NCBI GenBank assembly: GCA_951406725.2
Contig: OX597816.1
Coordinates: 41,230,001-41,294,000 of the forward strand
Source: Octopus vulgaris
Lineage: Eukaryota
Direction of reading: 5' to 3'
Length of the DNA: 64,000 nt
In this document: positions 13,425 to 26,744 of the stretch, piece by piece
Layout of the letters: every line of letters begins with the position of its first letter
How positions within the stretch are numbered: the stretch's first letter is position 1
The notes under the pieces: generated by a model
Databases searched by the model: none
Seen by the model: the letters and a program-made list of their open reading frames with translations, nothing else
What the model was told of the DNA's origin: nothing
Made by a program: the position numbers and the translations under genes

Positions 13425-14082
13425 GCATGTAGTAGTAGTAGCAGCAGCAGCAACAGTAGTAATAGTAGTAGTTGTAGTAGTTGTAGTAGTAGTAGTAGTA
13501 GTTAAGCTCTCTGCTGTTAAACGCATTTATATACTATCTAGCTCAAATAGGCAACAGGATAAAGTGTTTTTACTTGCATATTTTTGTCTCAAGCTACGGT
13601 CATCACTGCAGAGTTTTTACAATTTATTGTGAAAAAATCAGTGTTCCAGAAAGAGCATCTTGAATTTAGAGACTAATAAATCCTTGTTGTAAGTCTTCGA
13701 CTAATTTAAAGCGTTAAATATATCCCTGTCTATATGTTTCGTTTTCTTTTCTTCTTTTCTTTTACATTATAAAGAAAATATTCTTATGAACGTATCAGAA
13801 AAGATAAAGCAAAATGCTGTGAATTGATAAATCTGACAGGTGTAGAGAAGGAAAGCATAGTTATGGAATGATTTGGTCTGACAGTTCTGACTGGATTGCT
13901 GAAGTAATATTGAAAATTAATCAGGAGTTTCGATAGAAGAGAATCCAATAAAATACTGATAGGAATAGTATGTAAGAGATATGCTAAATGCGATTCTTAA
14001 GCAGCTGCATTGTAAAATAATCTGATAGAAGCTGCTGTTGCTGTCAGCATGGAATAATCATACATATGTATATAAGTCTAAA

Positions 14083-14130
<48 letters not shown>

Positions 14131-14141
14131 CATATATATAC

Positions 14142-14192
<51 letters not shown>

Positions 14193-14204
14193 TATTTATA
14201 TATA

Positions 14205-14581
14205 CACTACCGTCAGAAATTAATTAGCACCCTTGATTTGCTCTTCACTCAAGGTATGTGCTGTCACCTAGTGGCCATATCTCGAACTATTGCTTTGTTG
14301 CGAGTTCACTGTTGCGCAGAACGATGACGCAACTTTGTTTGCAGAGCAGTTTGAGAGTCTACAGCCTTATGATGTTGACATAGCAGTGCAACAACTTGGA
14401 GTGCGGATGCAGACAAATCTTCCTTTGTTTAATAGATATAGGTAGCGCCTCGCAAGGACCGACATCACACCATACTAAGTTTTCTCATCGCGTAAGACGT
14501 TTTCAACAGCTCATAGGTTAATTGATTTAACCTATTTAATGTAGAAATTTGAGAAGTGCTAATTAATTTCTGACGCAAGTG
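14205..14581. mobile_element. Tc1/mariner-type MITE
   Basis: TIRs CACTaccGTCAGAAATTAATTAGCAC / GTGCTAATTAATTTCTGACgcaAGTG, flanked by TA on both sides. Confidence 0.9.
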
Positions 14582-14756
14582 TATACATATCTATAATTCA
14601 TACATATATATACATACATATACATATACATATATATAATTCATATGCAGTTCTATATTTAAGAGATAAGGAACTACGTACATTATTTACTACATTTGAG
14701 GTATATTTGTCCTCATCTTCTTTACTGTTGTTGTTGTTATTATTATTATTATTATT

Positions 14757-15818
14757 CTATGTTTGACTTTTGCTTTATATTTGTACAAGTTGGCTCCAAG
14801 TCTCACCCAGAGACCTCAAGAGACAACAGGGTTGGAAGTTCATGTTGTTGTTATGCCTAGTGTGCCATATATTTGGGGGTGGGGTGTTGTACTAATGAAT
14901 GTCCCCGCCCCCCCAAAAAAAAAAAGATTTCTTTTTCTTTTTTTTTTTTTTTCGTTTAAACCGAAAATTATGTTTGTTGAGATTACATAGAAAATATTTT
15001 GCGTAGGATATGAGCAGTTCCCATGAGCACTATCTTTTGAATTTCTGCCATTTTTGGGTTTCCTGGTATCTGAGTTAGGTAGCTATCTGCCCCTTTTGCT
15101 ATCATTCCCAGGGCACCTATGACAACAGGTATTGTTTTAGTCTTCAGCTTCCACATTTTGCTGATTTCTATTTCAAGATCTTTATATTTGCTCAGTTTTT
15201 GGTAGGTCTTGACAGATACGTTTATATCAATTGGGACAGTCATATCAATGAGGAGGCATGTTCTTTGTTTGAAGTCTTTCAATATGATGTCTGGCCTATT
15301 TGCATCTATCTTTCTGTCGGTTTGAATGGCGAAGTTCCAGAGGAGTGAGATGTGGTCATTTTCAAGCACTGGGGGTGGTTTGTGTTCCCACCAGTTTTTT
15401 TCATGGGGCAAATCCAGGTTTTTACAGATTACCCAGTGAATATATTGTGCAGCTCTATCGTGCCTGTTGAGATATTCTGTAGGCGCTAGAAGACTGCACT
15501 TGGAGACCACATGGTCAATGGTTTCATTTTGTTGCTTGCATACACGACACGTTGGACTGCTTCTGATCTTTAATATGTTGGCCTGGTAGTTTCTTGTTGG
15601 TAGGCATTGATCTTGAGCTGCTATGATAAACCCCTCTGTTTCAGATTTTAAGCCAGAGGCCATTAGCCATTGATGGGTCAGGGCTTTGTCAACATCTGCA
15701 TTATTTGCTCTCTTTGGGTATTTGCCATAGAGAGGTTTTTCTTGCCATTTATTATTCAGAATATCTAAGGCCGCAGATTTAGCACGGGTTTTCATGCGCT
15801 TAGCTTTTTCTGTGCCTG

Positions 15819-15820
<2 letters not shown>
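14757..15820 (-). mobile_element. 5'-truncated R4/Dong-clade non-LTR retrotransposon (zinc knuckle, RLE endonuclease and 3'UTR)
   Basis: Open frame ending at 14983: ETEGFIIAAQDQ, CRVC-X8-H-X4-C, RHD, NRPDII, KLSKYKDL, PVVIGALG. Flanked by (TAA)n on both sides. Confidence 0.95.
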
Positions 15821-15902
<82 letters not shown>

Positions 15903-15922
15903 CATTATTATTATTATTATTA

Positions 15923-15966
<44 letters not shown>

Positions 15967-16030
15967 GTTATTATCATTATTATTATTATCATTATTATTA
16001 TTATTTTTGTTGTCGTTGTTGTTGTTATTA
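15821..16030. repeat. (TAA)n microsatellite (Dong target)
   Basis: About 70 TTA/TCA/TTG units; gives the poly-N/poly-L/poly-I pseudo-ORFs. Confidence 0.99.
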
Positions 16031-16322
16031 TTTTTCAGGTCACTGAATGGAATCAAATTGGGAATCTTGGGTTTAGTAGCCGGCGCTTTTAAGCACTACA
16101 ACATATGCCCGTGGACAATTATGGATTGAGTTTTTAGGGCTTATAAATGCAATGTTTTTCAATCTTTCCTTAATACCGGTTTCCATATGCTATCCATATT
16201 TGCACTCGGTCTGCTTAGGGGGTGTTGTATTCTAGCATATGTGCTGCTTCTTTTAGTTTTCATAATTTCCAGTGGTGTTTGTTTTCTGTCTATTATTTTA
16301 ACTTCATCCCACATGGGGAAGT
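16031..16322 (-). mobile_element. Penelope-like 3' end: GIY-YIG C-terminus plus tRNA-like segment; continues at 14660-14730 beyond the Dong insertion
   Basis: Minus, with frameshifts: PMWDEVKIIDR..HWK..KLKEAAHML...LSRPSANMDSIWKPVL, then gggcatatgttgtagtgcttaaaagcgccggctactaa...ttgattcc (tRNA-like). Confidence 0.75.
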
Positions 16323-16674
16323 AGTGTACATATATATATATATATATATATAAACAAAACCCTACATTTTAACACATGCATCCTAATTCTCCAAAGAATT
16401 TTTCCTTGGACTAATATTGAACTCTAAAATGCATAAAGACACTACATTGTATTGGTATACTTATTTATTAAGTTGTGTATATATTTATTATTCTTTTGAA
16501 AAAACATTGTAAATTTCTTTTTTCCCCTTCTTCAATTTAAGAAAAAATTCCCCTTCCAAATCTTGAAAATTTGCCTTCCATGAAAGCCGCTGTGATTTCT
16601 TTTTTAATTATTCATACACCCATTTTTATTAAAATTCACTTTCAATTTAGCATTCTGCCTTACTTTTTCCTCTC

Positions 16675-16758
<84 letters not shown>

Positions 16759-16837
16759 ATATACGTATATGTATATATATATATACATATATGCACATAT
16801 ACATAAATAAAAGTACATGCATAAATTTATATGTATA

Positions 16838-17510
16838 GGACGTCACAAAACGGAAAGAACATGGAATTCGAAAACAATATGAAATACGAAGATAAACTTG
16901 GGTATGAGAACCACGGGAGGAACAAATAGAAAACAGGACTACTAACATAAAGAACGAGCCTACGTCAGTTCTTGGCTGTCCAACTACTCATTTCGAGCAA
17001 TTGACGACCATATGAGGCTTCGAAAGGCACCTGCTCACGCGAATCAAAATAAAATTTGGGATATGCGGAGGGTCATATTTGCTAACAGAAACAGGACAGT
17101 GGAGACATAGAACAAACCAAGCGAAAACATACATGGAGGGCCGTTAGGTCAGACGAGATAAGGTAGCGAACGCTGAAAGAATATTGTCTTTGACAAGAGA
17201 AAATAAATGACTGTTAAGACATACGACAAACCAAACGAAAACAAACATGGAGTTCCGTTACACCAGACGAGGTAAGGTAACGAACGCTGGAAGAATATTG
17301 TCTTTGACAAGAGATGATATAGAAGAAGAGACAGATAAGAATGTGTCTGGTCTGTAAGAAAGACGGAAAGAAAGATAGATGATCAAGTGAGGAAAAGAAA
17401 GACGGGCGATTGTCACGTGTGAGCAACGGGAGAGACACAGAAAACGGTGAAGGGGAGAAAAATGAATTATAGAAAGGATGAGAGAGAAAACGAAAGAGAG
17501 AGAGAGAGAG
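16838..17510 (-). mobile_element. PLE-like remnant with internal ~50-bp duplication (17148-17200 / 17262-17312)
   Basis: Related to 35470-35615, 38225-38400 and 54160-54670; abuts TA-rich microsatellite. Confidence 0.55.
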
Positions 17511-17529
17511 AGTGAACGGTCCGGGGCAG

Positions 17530-17830
17530 ATTCACATCAAAATTATTACGATAGACGTAGTCGGAAATAGATGCTTCAGACGGCCAGAGGCCTTTCTTGG
17601 GATGTCGCGCACGTTAGTATTAGTAGGTGACTTTAACACAATTCGAGATGGGCGGGTCATCTGCATTATAGAGGCAGAAAAGCCTGCGTCCCGGTCCACC
17701 TCGTTTCGCTGATGACTATGACATGCAAATCCCACGACCTGAGATCGTTTAACAAGCGTGCTTGCTTCCAATACGATGCCTAACCACGCACATTCACTAT
17801 CAAGATTGAAGAAAACCACGAGGAGAGTGA
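17530..17830 (+). pseudogene. APE endonuclease fragment of an L1/Tx1-like LINE
   Basis: FRRPEAFLGMSRTLVLVGDFNTI contains the APE GDFN motif; frame disrupted. Confidence 0.6.
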
Positions 17831-17849
17831 AAGAGGTAAGAAGTTGTTC

Positions 17850-19320
17850 ACTTACTTTTAATTTTCGGGTGGTGGGTAGACGTATCATCTCATCTCGGAG
17901 TGGCTTGTTGGGGTGTTTTTGGTTAAATTGTGCTTAGTTTACTGTAGTTGTAAAGTTCCAAAGTCTCCTGAGAATTTTTGTTTGATCTCGCTGTAAGATA
18001 GGCAGTCATTTTTTATAAATTTTTGTGTGCTGGAATTTGTGTGTTAGATAAAGGTTTGTAAGGTGTGATTCGGGGATTTTTATTTGTGTTCTTTTAAGTG
18101 TAACTCAGTATTTATTGCTGTTATGTTAAAGACTAAGTCATGTGTGTGCGGTGTTAGTGTATGAGTGAAGGGTATGTTTGTGGTGTGTGTCTGTGGACAG
18201 GCTGGGAGTTGAGGGAGTGTTTTTCTGTTTCCGTCTTTTCTTGGCAACTCTCATGGTCTGTGGTAGCGTTGGTAGGGTCGCCTTGTACTTCTGTAGTAGT
18301 GTTGTTAGAGGTTGGTGAGAGGCTTTGTTTGAAGCTTTCTCCATTGAAAACATTTTTCCCTTTAAACATCTGGGGTAGGGCTTGTTAGTGAATAGTTTTA
18401 GTGTCATTTGCCTCAGTCTGGTGCTGTGGAAAATCATTCCAAGGAGGGTGGCCCAATGATTTGAGGTTGTATGTCCAGGCGCCTCTGACGTGAGCCTTTT
18501 TCTACATTTGTAGCATCTGGGCCGTTGTCCAACCACCATAATTCAGAGATATATGATGTCTGGTAGTTCTATCAGGACTGGAATTAAGTCTATGTCCTGA
18601 TGGGCGGCTGGATTATAATTTCCAGGCCTTGGCCCTATCAGTTTTGTTGGTGTGACTTTGTAACTTGCAACAAGGAATTACTGCTTTCAAAATCACCCCA
18701 AGTTACACCAATTCTGCTAGTGTATCCTGGTGGCCAGAAAGATAGTGGCTCTATCCTCCAGCTTCAACAGTACGGCTGCCACAAGTCACACCACATAGAT
18801 TTCCGGTCGGCTTTCCCCTATTTTTATTTTTGACGTACGTAGACACATGTACGTCGGTAGCAGCACCAACTCATGTATGCTCAAAAGCACTGTGGAGTTT
18901 TCTTTTCCTTCTTCTTCCGACGCGAACCTTACTTCCGCAGTACCGCATTTCCCCCATCCCCTTGCTACATAAGCTGTTTTACACATGAGTTGTAGATCTT
19001 TTTCCATGCGCTCTATTTTTCTTTTTTTGTTTTGAGTGATAGAGTTTTACAAATTATAGTGTTCCGTATTGTCTGTTGTATTATATCACTGGGAGGCGTT
19101 AGGTTTATATTCGTGCCATCTGTTTTTAACAAGAGTCTGAGTTTTTTAAAGTTCTCCATGTCCATGTTACTAATCCCTTGGTTGTTTTGACTCAGAGGCG
19201 AAACGGCAACTTTCAGCTTTTTAGTTTTCGGTTGTAAGTCATTGTTTCGGCTGATGGTAAAATTCGACCTACTTGTAGTTTTTATTCTATCAACTTGGTT
19301 TTCCTCCTCTATTATCTAAA
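17850..19320 (-). pseudogene. Decayed ORF1 (gag-like) region of a LINE, probably L1/Tx1-like
   Basis: YVARGWGKCGTAEVRFASEEE..LLPTYM.LRTSKIKIG (RRM-like) followed by VVGQRPRCYKC zinc-knuckle remnant; several frameshifts. Confidence 0.55.
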
Positions 19321-19963
19321 GGCTAAGCTATAGTAATTTTGCTGATCTTACTACTGAAATGTTTAAAATAATGTGGATGTTGTGCTGTTCTTTCACTTTT
19401 ACGCATCATCATTTACCATGTCCGAAAATGTAGCTGGTTCCATCTATATCGTATTTCAGTATAATCAGAAATAGCATGTGGTAACATTCAACGTGTGCGT
19501 CTAGGAATTTAGGCTTTTCATTGATTTTATGTATATTTGCCTTTCGTGCAATTTCAATTTTTAACTATTGCCAAATTATTGTCGTGTGACACCATTCACA
19601 GAACAAGGATTCTATGGTAATGAAATTCATATTTAACATTCCAGGGATATGAACTCAAACACAGAATGTCACACGTTGATTAAATGTAATAAGTACAGGT
19701 CAAACCGGCGCCCCATTGCATTATTCAATTTAACCATAGTTATTCGATTTAATATAGGAATCTGGTCATTAGTCTCCATAAACATTGACCAAATCTCCAT
19801 GAGAACATTCTAATAACTTGGAAAATCTCATAACAAACAATATAATCTGAGCTCCAATATACGGAAAACAAAAGCCAGTATAGGCATCATCGGAACGTCA
19901 TTGAAAATAAGTTTGGTGTATGAGATCTTGTGAAAAGCTAAGCAAATGTAAATCTCTCTGTCT

Positions 19964-20012
<49 letters not shown>

Positions 20013-20030
20013 ATGTTTGAATGTGTTTAT

Positions 20031-20085
<55 letters not shown>

Positions 20086-20091
20086 CATATC

Positions 20092-21020
20092 CCCCCAAAT
20101 GGAACGAGAACGCAACAAGCGGACAAGAAAAACAACAAAAAAACGGACAGGAGAAAACAACGACGTGCCATTCTCAGTCTTCTTTCATCAGTGAAGTTTC
20201 CAAACCATCCTTACAGTTTCGGCCGGTTTCACTCGAGACTGTTCAAATTTGGCTGACCTAAGAGTATTGAATTTGTGTGGAGAAATCAAGGGAATGTGTA
20301 CGACATCAAAGACGAAAAAACAGAAAAATTGTTACACAATTACAAATACAAACAACAACCAAATAAGAACAACTGCCTTTCGACTAATTAATAAAGACAA
20401 ATCAAGCTGAGCTGGCGTGTGTACAGTGAAATCCCTGAGGCAGGGACATAGGAGATGAACGTAAAATATGAAACCCATGTGACATTAATATAAGTGATGC
20501 TTCGCTGCCGGCAGTCGAACCAAGAAAGATCAGGCTTAGCTGAATACTGGTCACGTGGAAGGAATGGAGAAAATAGGGGACAGAGGGATTGAAAAATTCG
20601 GGGAACAACGAGAAAAAGAGCAAATGAAAGGGATATAGAGAAAGGTACGAAGGAGATAAACGTGGAGAAGTAGGAACATTAAAGAAAGAGAAGGCCAAGA
20701 AATGTGAGAGAAGCGGTACGAGAAAAACAAAATGAGGACAGAAGGAAGTTATTATGAGGGAGAGTAAAAGAGTCCTACATAATTAAGATACATACTTACA
20801 AGGTGAGCAAAATATACATACGCCGCTATATGTATATGTAAAGCCCCAAAATGGAACAAGAACACAACAGACAGCAATAAAAAAAATCCGAAGAGATAGA
20901 CGATACAAAGATGGACAGAAAAACGCAAGGACGGGTCATTCGCAGTCTTCTCTCTTCTGACAATTTTCCAAATCATCCTTACGTTTTCGGCCAGTTACAC
21001 TTGAGGCAGTTCAAAACTAG
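20092..21020 (-). mobile_element. PLE-like element with ~170-bp direct terminal repeats (20092-20260 / 20843-21020)
   Basis: ccccaaa(a)tggaac(g/a)agaac...cagtcttct...tttccaaa.catccttac.tttcggcc repeated at both ends. Confidence 0.75.
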
Positions 21021-21102
21021 GTGGTTACTATATATGCATACATAAATGCATACATACATACATACATTCATACATTCATACATACATACATACATACATA
21101 CA

Positions 21103-21138
<36 letters not shown>

Positions 21139-21149
21139 TATACGTATAC

Positions 21150-21180
<31 letters not shown>

Positions 21181-21260
21181 ATGTATGTATGTGTGTGTAT
21201 ACATATCTATGTGTATATATGTATATATATTATGTGTGCATATATATGTATATATGTATG

Positions 21261-21295
<35 letters not shown>

Positions 21296-21869
21296 CTTTA
21301 TGTGAATTCTTGTTTTTTTTTCTTAATACCTGCAGTTAGTATGAAGTAGTGGGTGTCCTGCTTCCATGTGGATGTTAATGTATATTTCCTTTAATGATGT
21401 CCATGTATTTAATCACATGAAAATATTCCGTTTATGAGAAAAACATCCATATATATCTCGTTAAAGGTATATTATCAAGTCGTTCCTGTATAACCACATA
21501 TAACGACATATATCTCATTTGGCTATATTAACGTGTTTACCGAAAATATCAAAAGAAGTGAGCCTCAAAAGAAAAATTTACAATATATTTAATATCAAAC
21601 AAATTGAAGGAAAAATAAAATACGTTAAGTAAAATATGAAAACAAATGCTAGTAATCCTATACGCAGAATAATATTGGGTATTCCAGAGCTTTAACAATA
21701 GACATCTAATTAATAGTTTCAGTACTTATATTATTAGTTTTATTTTCTTGTGGCTGCTGTCACTGCGTTACCGATCTCATCTCTGTAGACATAGAGAAAG
21801 TGCAATGTCTTTTTTCTGTGTTTCATTTAATGTTTTTTTTTTTTTAATTGTATTTGATGTAATCTACAA

Positions 21870-22200
21870 ATTATATGCAACGCCTAGGGGTCTCATTTTT
21901 TTTTTCTTTTGGGATGCTGTGGATATATATTAATCCTGCAGATATTTTTATTTAACTTTTTTGGTATCTGCAGTATTTTTGAATAATTACCAAAGCCCCA
22001 ATTATTATAAGGATTATTTCTGCATTCATTCTCTTGATATTCGTTATAACTATTTTGGGAGCGTGGTTTACTGAACATTTCTAGAATTCTGTCAGAGACT
22101 TAATATCATCAACGTGGAAATATACTTGTATTAATAATCCCTCTCTTCCTTAACCTAATATTGCGCTGATATTGATCGCTCTGTATGTTGATACACATAT
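21870..22200 (-). pseudogene. Old R4/Dong RLE C-terminal remnant
   Basis: Minus: GLLIQVYFHVDDIKSLTEF*K...AEIILIIIGALVIIQKY aligns with LLIDMTVPIDINVSVK...TIPVVIGALG of 14983-15820. Confidence 0.7.
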
Positions 22201-22343
22201 CATAGAGAATAATAGTATTGTATATGTAAATGATTATATATATGAATGTAGGTGTGTGTGCCTGTGTGTGCGTGGGTGTTTTTGAGTGTATGTATATATA
22301 TATACGTATAAGTGTGTGTCTGTGTTTATGAAACTGTTTGTGA

Positions 22344-22443
<100 letters not shown>

Positions 22444-22540
22444 TCAGTAAAATTTAGATTCAGATGAATATGGTACTTAAATTGAAGGCATCAGATATTA
22501 GTATCGTGTTATCCATATAATTAAAAAATAAAGTGATTAT

Positions 22541-22845
22541 AATCAAAATAAGCAACAAGGATATCCAGAGGTAATGCAGTATGATCGTTTCACGAGAGTC
22601 CATTTAATTGGACAACTCACCAAGAGGATAAGGAGATGTTCTTTGTCTATCTACTTATCCTCTTGTTTTTTGGTAAAGAAATTATACAAATGAGTCCGAA
22701 TTTAACTAAATTCTATATTTTTATGCTGCTGAACATTGCTCTATATTTTGAATTGATGTAATGTTTTCATTGTTCAATTAAATGGAGTCGCATGAAACGA
22801 TCGTACTGCATTACCTCTCGATATCCTTGTTGCTTATTTTCATTA
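22541..22845. repeat. Inverted repeat (22541-22615 / 22770-22845), PLE pLTR-like
   Basis: aaataagcaacaaggatatc.agaggtaatgcagta.gatcgtttca versus its reverse complement; carries the half-hammerhead GAAAcgatcgTA. Confidence 0.8.
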
Positions 22846-23199
22846 GAGGGAGGGAGTGGGTCTGTATACACCCCTGCAGATGTCTGTCTCCTCTTACATC
22901 TGAGGTTAAAAACGAGATGTGTGTTCAGAATAAGTCGTTTCGAAGTATTCAAAATGACCCCCTAGACACCCCTCACGTGTGATGTTATGATCTACTGATA
23001 TTTATGCGTATATTTGTGATATATTCATTTTTCAATCACCGATGGTATGAGGCAGTATGTTAACTGATTTAAAATGCACTGACTCCTCTTGGCTGACTTC
23101 TTTTTCTCTTACCCTTTCTCACTCTCTGACTCTTATATGGTCTCTTTCTCATACATTCATATCTTTCTCTATTCTTCCTTATTTATCGCATAGGTATAC

Positions 23200-23560
23200 T
23201 TATTACCTCAGCCTTAGCGAAGGCGGAAGTATTGTTTTCCGTCGCGTTTGTTTGTTTGTCCATGGAAAATATATCTCAAAAACCGCTGGATGGATTCGGA
23301 TGAAACTTTCAGGGATGTTTGGCCACGTGACTGGCACGAACTGGTTAGTTTTTAGGATAGATCAGGTACTGGACAAGGATTATTTTCCCATTTTTTAAAC
23401 TTAATTTTTGAGAGTGGCCAGGTTCATTTTTGAATTCTCGTTTGTGAGAGCAGTCGAGTTTATTTCAGATATTCTCATTTTAAAAATCATCTCCAGCTAA
23501 TCGTTGAGGGGATGTTGGCGTTGCCCTAGCGGAGGTTTGCACGCTCTAGGGGGTCTTGTT
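23200..23560 (+). mobile_element. Helentron-associated non-autonomous element (HINE / DINE-1-like)
   Basis: 5' TTATTACCTC(a)GCC subTIR with short IR, (GTTT)n, ggatggattcggatgaaact core, 3' GCGGAGGT subTIR then gcgctct..TTGTT end. Confidence 0.85.
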
Positions 23561-23618
23561 TAAACATGCATTCATTTCATTTTATCATATTTCTTGTTCA
23601 TGTTTTTATGGTTGCCCA

Positions 23619-24514
23619 ATTTAGTTTTCCTTCCTTTCCTTTTTTCTTTCGTCCTTTCCTTTTCCTTTTCTTCCTTTCCTTTTCTCTTTCTTCCTTTCCT
23701 TTTCACTTTCTTCCTTTCCTTTTCACTTTCTTCCTTTCCTTTTCACTTTCTTCCTTTCCTTTTTGACCTCTTGTTTCTCTCTCTCCTTTTTTCCTTTCTC
23801 CCTCTTTTTGTTCTTTACTTTCTTTTTTTTTCTCTTTTTCTGTCCCCTTTCTCTTCTTTCTCTTTCTCAATTGCTTTCTTTCTACTTCACTTTCCAAATA
23901 CTTATGAAGTGCGAGCCGTCTCAAAACGCTCTAGATCTTAATTTTCTAAAAATATAATGCAATGCAGTGAAACATCCGATTTACAATTCCAAAGAACCAG
24001 GTTTAACGTACGTAGAAAATAATAAAATATACATGTGTTTATCATAATTTCATCTACAATTGCTCTGTATACTGTAACTAGTAATATTACAAAGTACATT
24101 TCCGTATTTATATTATGTAGCAACAATGACCGGGATACAAGGATAGTCGCTTATGCAATAAATGTTTGCCTCTTATATTTCCATTTTGTGTCTCTGGACA
24201 CAAAATAGAAATAGAAATGTCTCCGGACTAATATTTTGTTGTAAGAATTGACAGATGAGAAATTGAGAAAGAGAAAGAAGAGAAAGGGGACAGAAAAAGA
24301 GAAAAAAAAAGAAAGTAAAGAACAAAAAGAGGGAGAAAGGAAAAAAGGAGAGAGAGAAACAAGAGGTCAAAAAGGAAAGGAAGAAAGTGAAAAGGAAAGG
24401 AAGAAAGTGAAAAGGAAAGGAAGAAAGTGAAAAGGAAAGGAAGAAAGAGAAAAGGAAAGGAAGAAAAGGAAAAGGAAAGGACGAAAGAAAAAAGGAAAGG
24501 AAGGAAAACTAAAT
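23619..24514. repeat. 254-bp inverted duplication (23619-23872 / 24261-24514) with 388-bp spacer
   Basis: Arms are equal in length and identical by eye, including three 20-bp ttttcactttcttcctttcc units; identical peptides appear on opposite strands in the ORF track. Confidence 0.95.
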
Positions 24515-24539
24515 AACATTCGACCGACGGCTTTGAACA

Positions 24540-26250
24540 ATTGTTGGTTTTCATGTTAACCAACTTATCTGAAAATGATATACTATACATTGGTATTGTT
24601 TGATTTCCTTAGTGATGATTTTTTTTTCTTGTATTCTTTTATTTACTAGTCTACTGAAACCTAAAGAGTTTGGGCAATTAGTACCTTACTGGCACAGCCA
24701 AATTATTATTTTTTTAATAAATTATGATTATTTATCTGTATTTGTTTTGTTTCCAGAATCAGTGCTTCTTCAGTTGTTGTATATCTTGTTACTTTATTTA
24801 CGATCATTATTTTGAAACAGCTCTCAATTTGTATCATCATATCTATGAACAGCTTAACTATATTATTCTCGTATCAGCTTACTGATGGCATTTTATAGTT
24901 TTCGTACTTAGACAATTCAATTAATTTCACTTCCAATCTGTTATGTCGAATCAGTAGTTTATAACTGGAATTGCTAGTGTACTAGCTTATTTACTGAATA
25001 AAATTCGGTTTCGTCACTTCTTGAGACCTATGCGTGCAGCTCTGCTATAATTCCCGGGTTTCTGTCTTTCATTTCAAAACATAATGTTTTCCATTTTAAC
25101 TAAATTTCTTTTTATTACATTATATTACATTCGTACTTTCAGCTGCGCTTTTATGGAAGATGTATAGTGGCTACTCCATTTTTTTTTTGGTTTTTCCTGT
25201 TTCGTTTGGAATCGTACGCAGGTTTATGCCTCGTCAATATCTTTCGCAGACTTTGCTCGTTTGCAACAGCAAATTCGTTTATGAAGTATCTGTTACACTA
25301 AAAGATATTTTTTCTAAAGTGAGTTCAGTTTATCATATTCAATCTGTTGCGATGAGCTATTTTTCCTTTTTAAAATGAGTTTTTGATATAAGCTATCAGC
25401 ACTAAGAATAATTAGTACATATTATTTATCTTTAATATCCATCACCATGATATTTTGAAAGAAAATGTTTCGGTTTTAAATCAATATATTCTCCCGTGTT
25501 GTCAATAATGCCGTGTTTAAGATGTGTATACAACCACATGTTCTCTAACAGAGAATCTGTAGTATAACGTTGATATCAAATACTGATATATTATTGGTGA
25601 ATCTATTTCCCTAGAGATTTGACTTACTTCATCATTATGCTTCCGGGAATGGCGTCTAGTTTCCATATTAATCTATAGTATTGGATTGCTACTTATTCAC
25701 GTACAACGAATAAGTTAGTTCATCAAGTGCTGGTGTCTTTATGTATGACAAAATTATATAATACTAATACTTTTGAAGAAGTAGGTTAATACTCTATAAT
25801 ATTTAGTTGACAATGGATTTATAATCAATTACATTAACATCGGTTAACCAACTTCGTGGTTCAGTTGTGTTTTTCCTATTCTTACCTTCTTTTCTAAATG
25901 ATTTCAGTATCTGCTGAATTTTTGCGTACCTTCAAATATTATATTATTTTTGGCGTTCTATTTAACATTTAATAAAAGTTTAAAATCCAGCATCCATACT
26001 CAAAATGCTTTATTATGGATATTATATAGGATTTGTTCTTTTACGTTCGTATCATCTAGACTTCAACTATCAATGTATATTCTTGGCATTTTATATACTT
26101 ATATTTTCATATAAGCCATCTGCATTGCATTCTCATAATACTAACGTTAATCCAGCTTGTTTAAATATATTCATATTTTCTAGGTAAATAATTTAGAAAT
26201 AATATTTTGTGGTTATGCAAGTTTAATTGTGTGTAAATATATTATTGACG
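24540..26250 (-). pseudogene. Heavily decayed R4/Dong RT region
   Basis: Minus near 24950-25060: ..NKL..LAIPVINY*FDITDW (Dong thumb AINxLAxPVxxYSFxIIxW); weaker RT motifs upstream. Confidence 0.55.
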
Positions 26251-26744
26251 GGTAGGATGGATCTTCTATTTCATTTTTAGTGTGAATATAACATACACCA
26301 TAATAAAGAAGAAAAACTTTGTAAATAATACAGTAGTGGTTGTATAACACTATGGGAAGACTAATTCTGCATAACTTTACGCATATTTCATTGGGTATAC
26401 ATATAATATTATAAAGGCATCGCTTTGTGTAACATAAGCATGTATTTCTAATATCCTATGCTTCAACTACAAATATAAACTACGGTACAATTCTCTCAGC
26501 TATATATTAGATATAATATTTCATGTGCATTAGGTCAGCGGAGAATAAAATTATCTGAAATTTCTTTCACAATACATATTTCAGATTTTCTGTTTCCTAA
26601 GTTCTTTGCTTAATGCTTTGCTCTATTCCTTCAAGAGCTCTATTTTCAATCTTTGCGTTCATTTAATAAAACATGCTATTTAATGTTTGAATGTTGAGCT
26701 TTTAAATATGTAAGAACACGAAAACAATTCCTATTGTATTATAA

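Noticed and set aside
14983-16056. 357-aa ORF as a poly-Asn host protein
   Set aside because: The N-terminus is read-through of the (TAA)n target; only 14983-15820 is real, truncated LINE coding sequence.
16035-16110. Functional tRNA gene (also the SINE heads)
   Set aside because: A/B boxes are degenerate or embedded in repeats; no complete cloverleaf.
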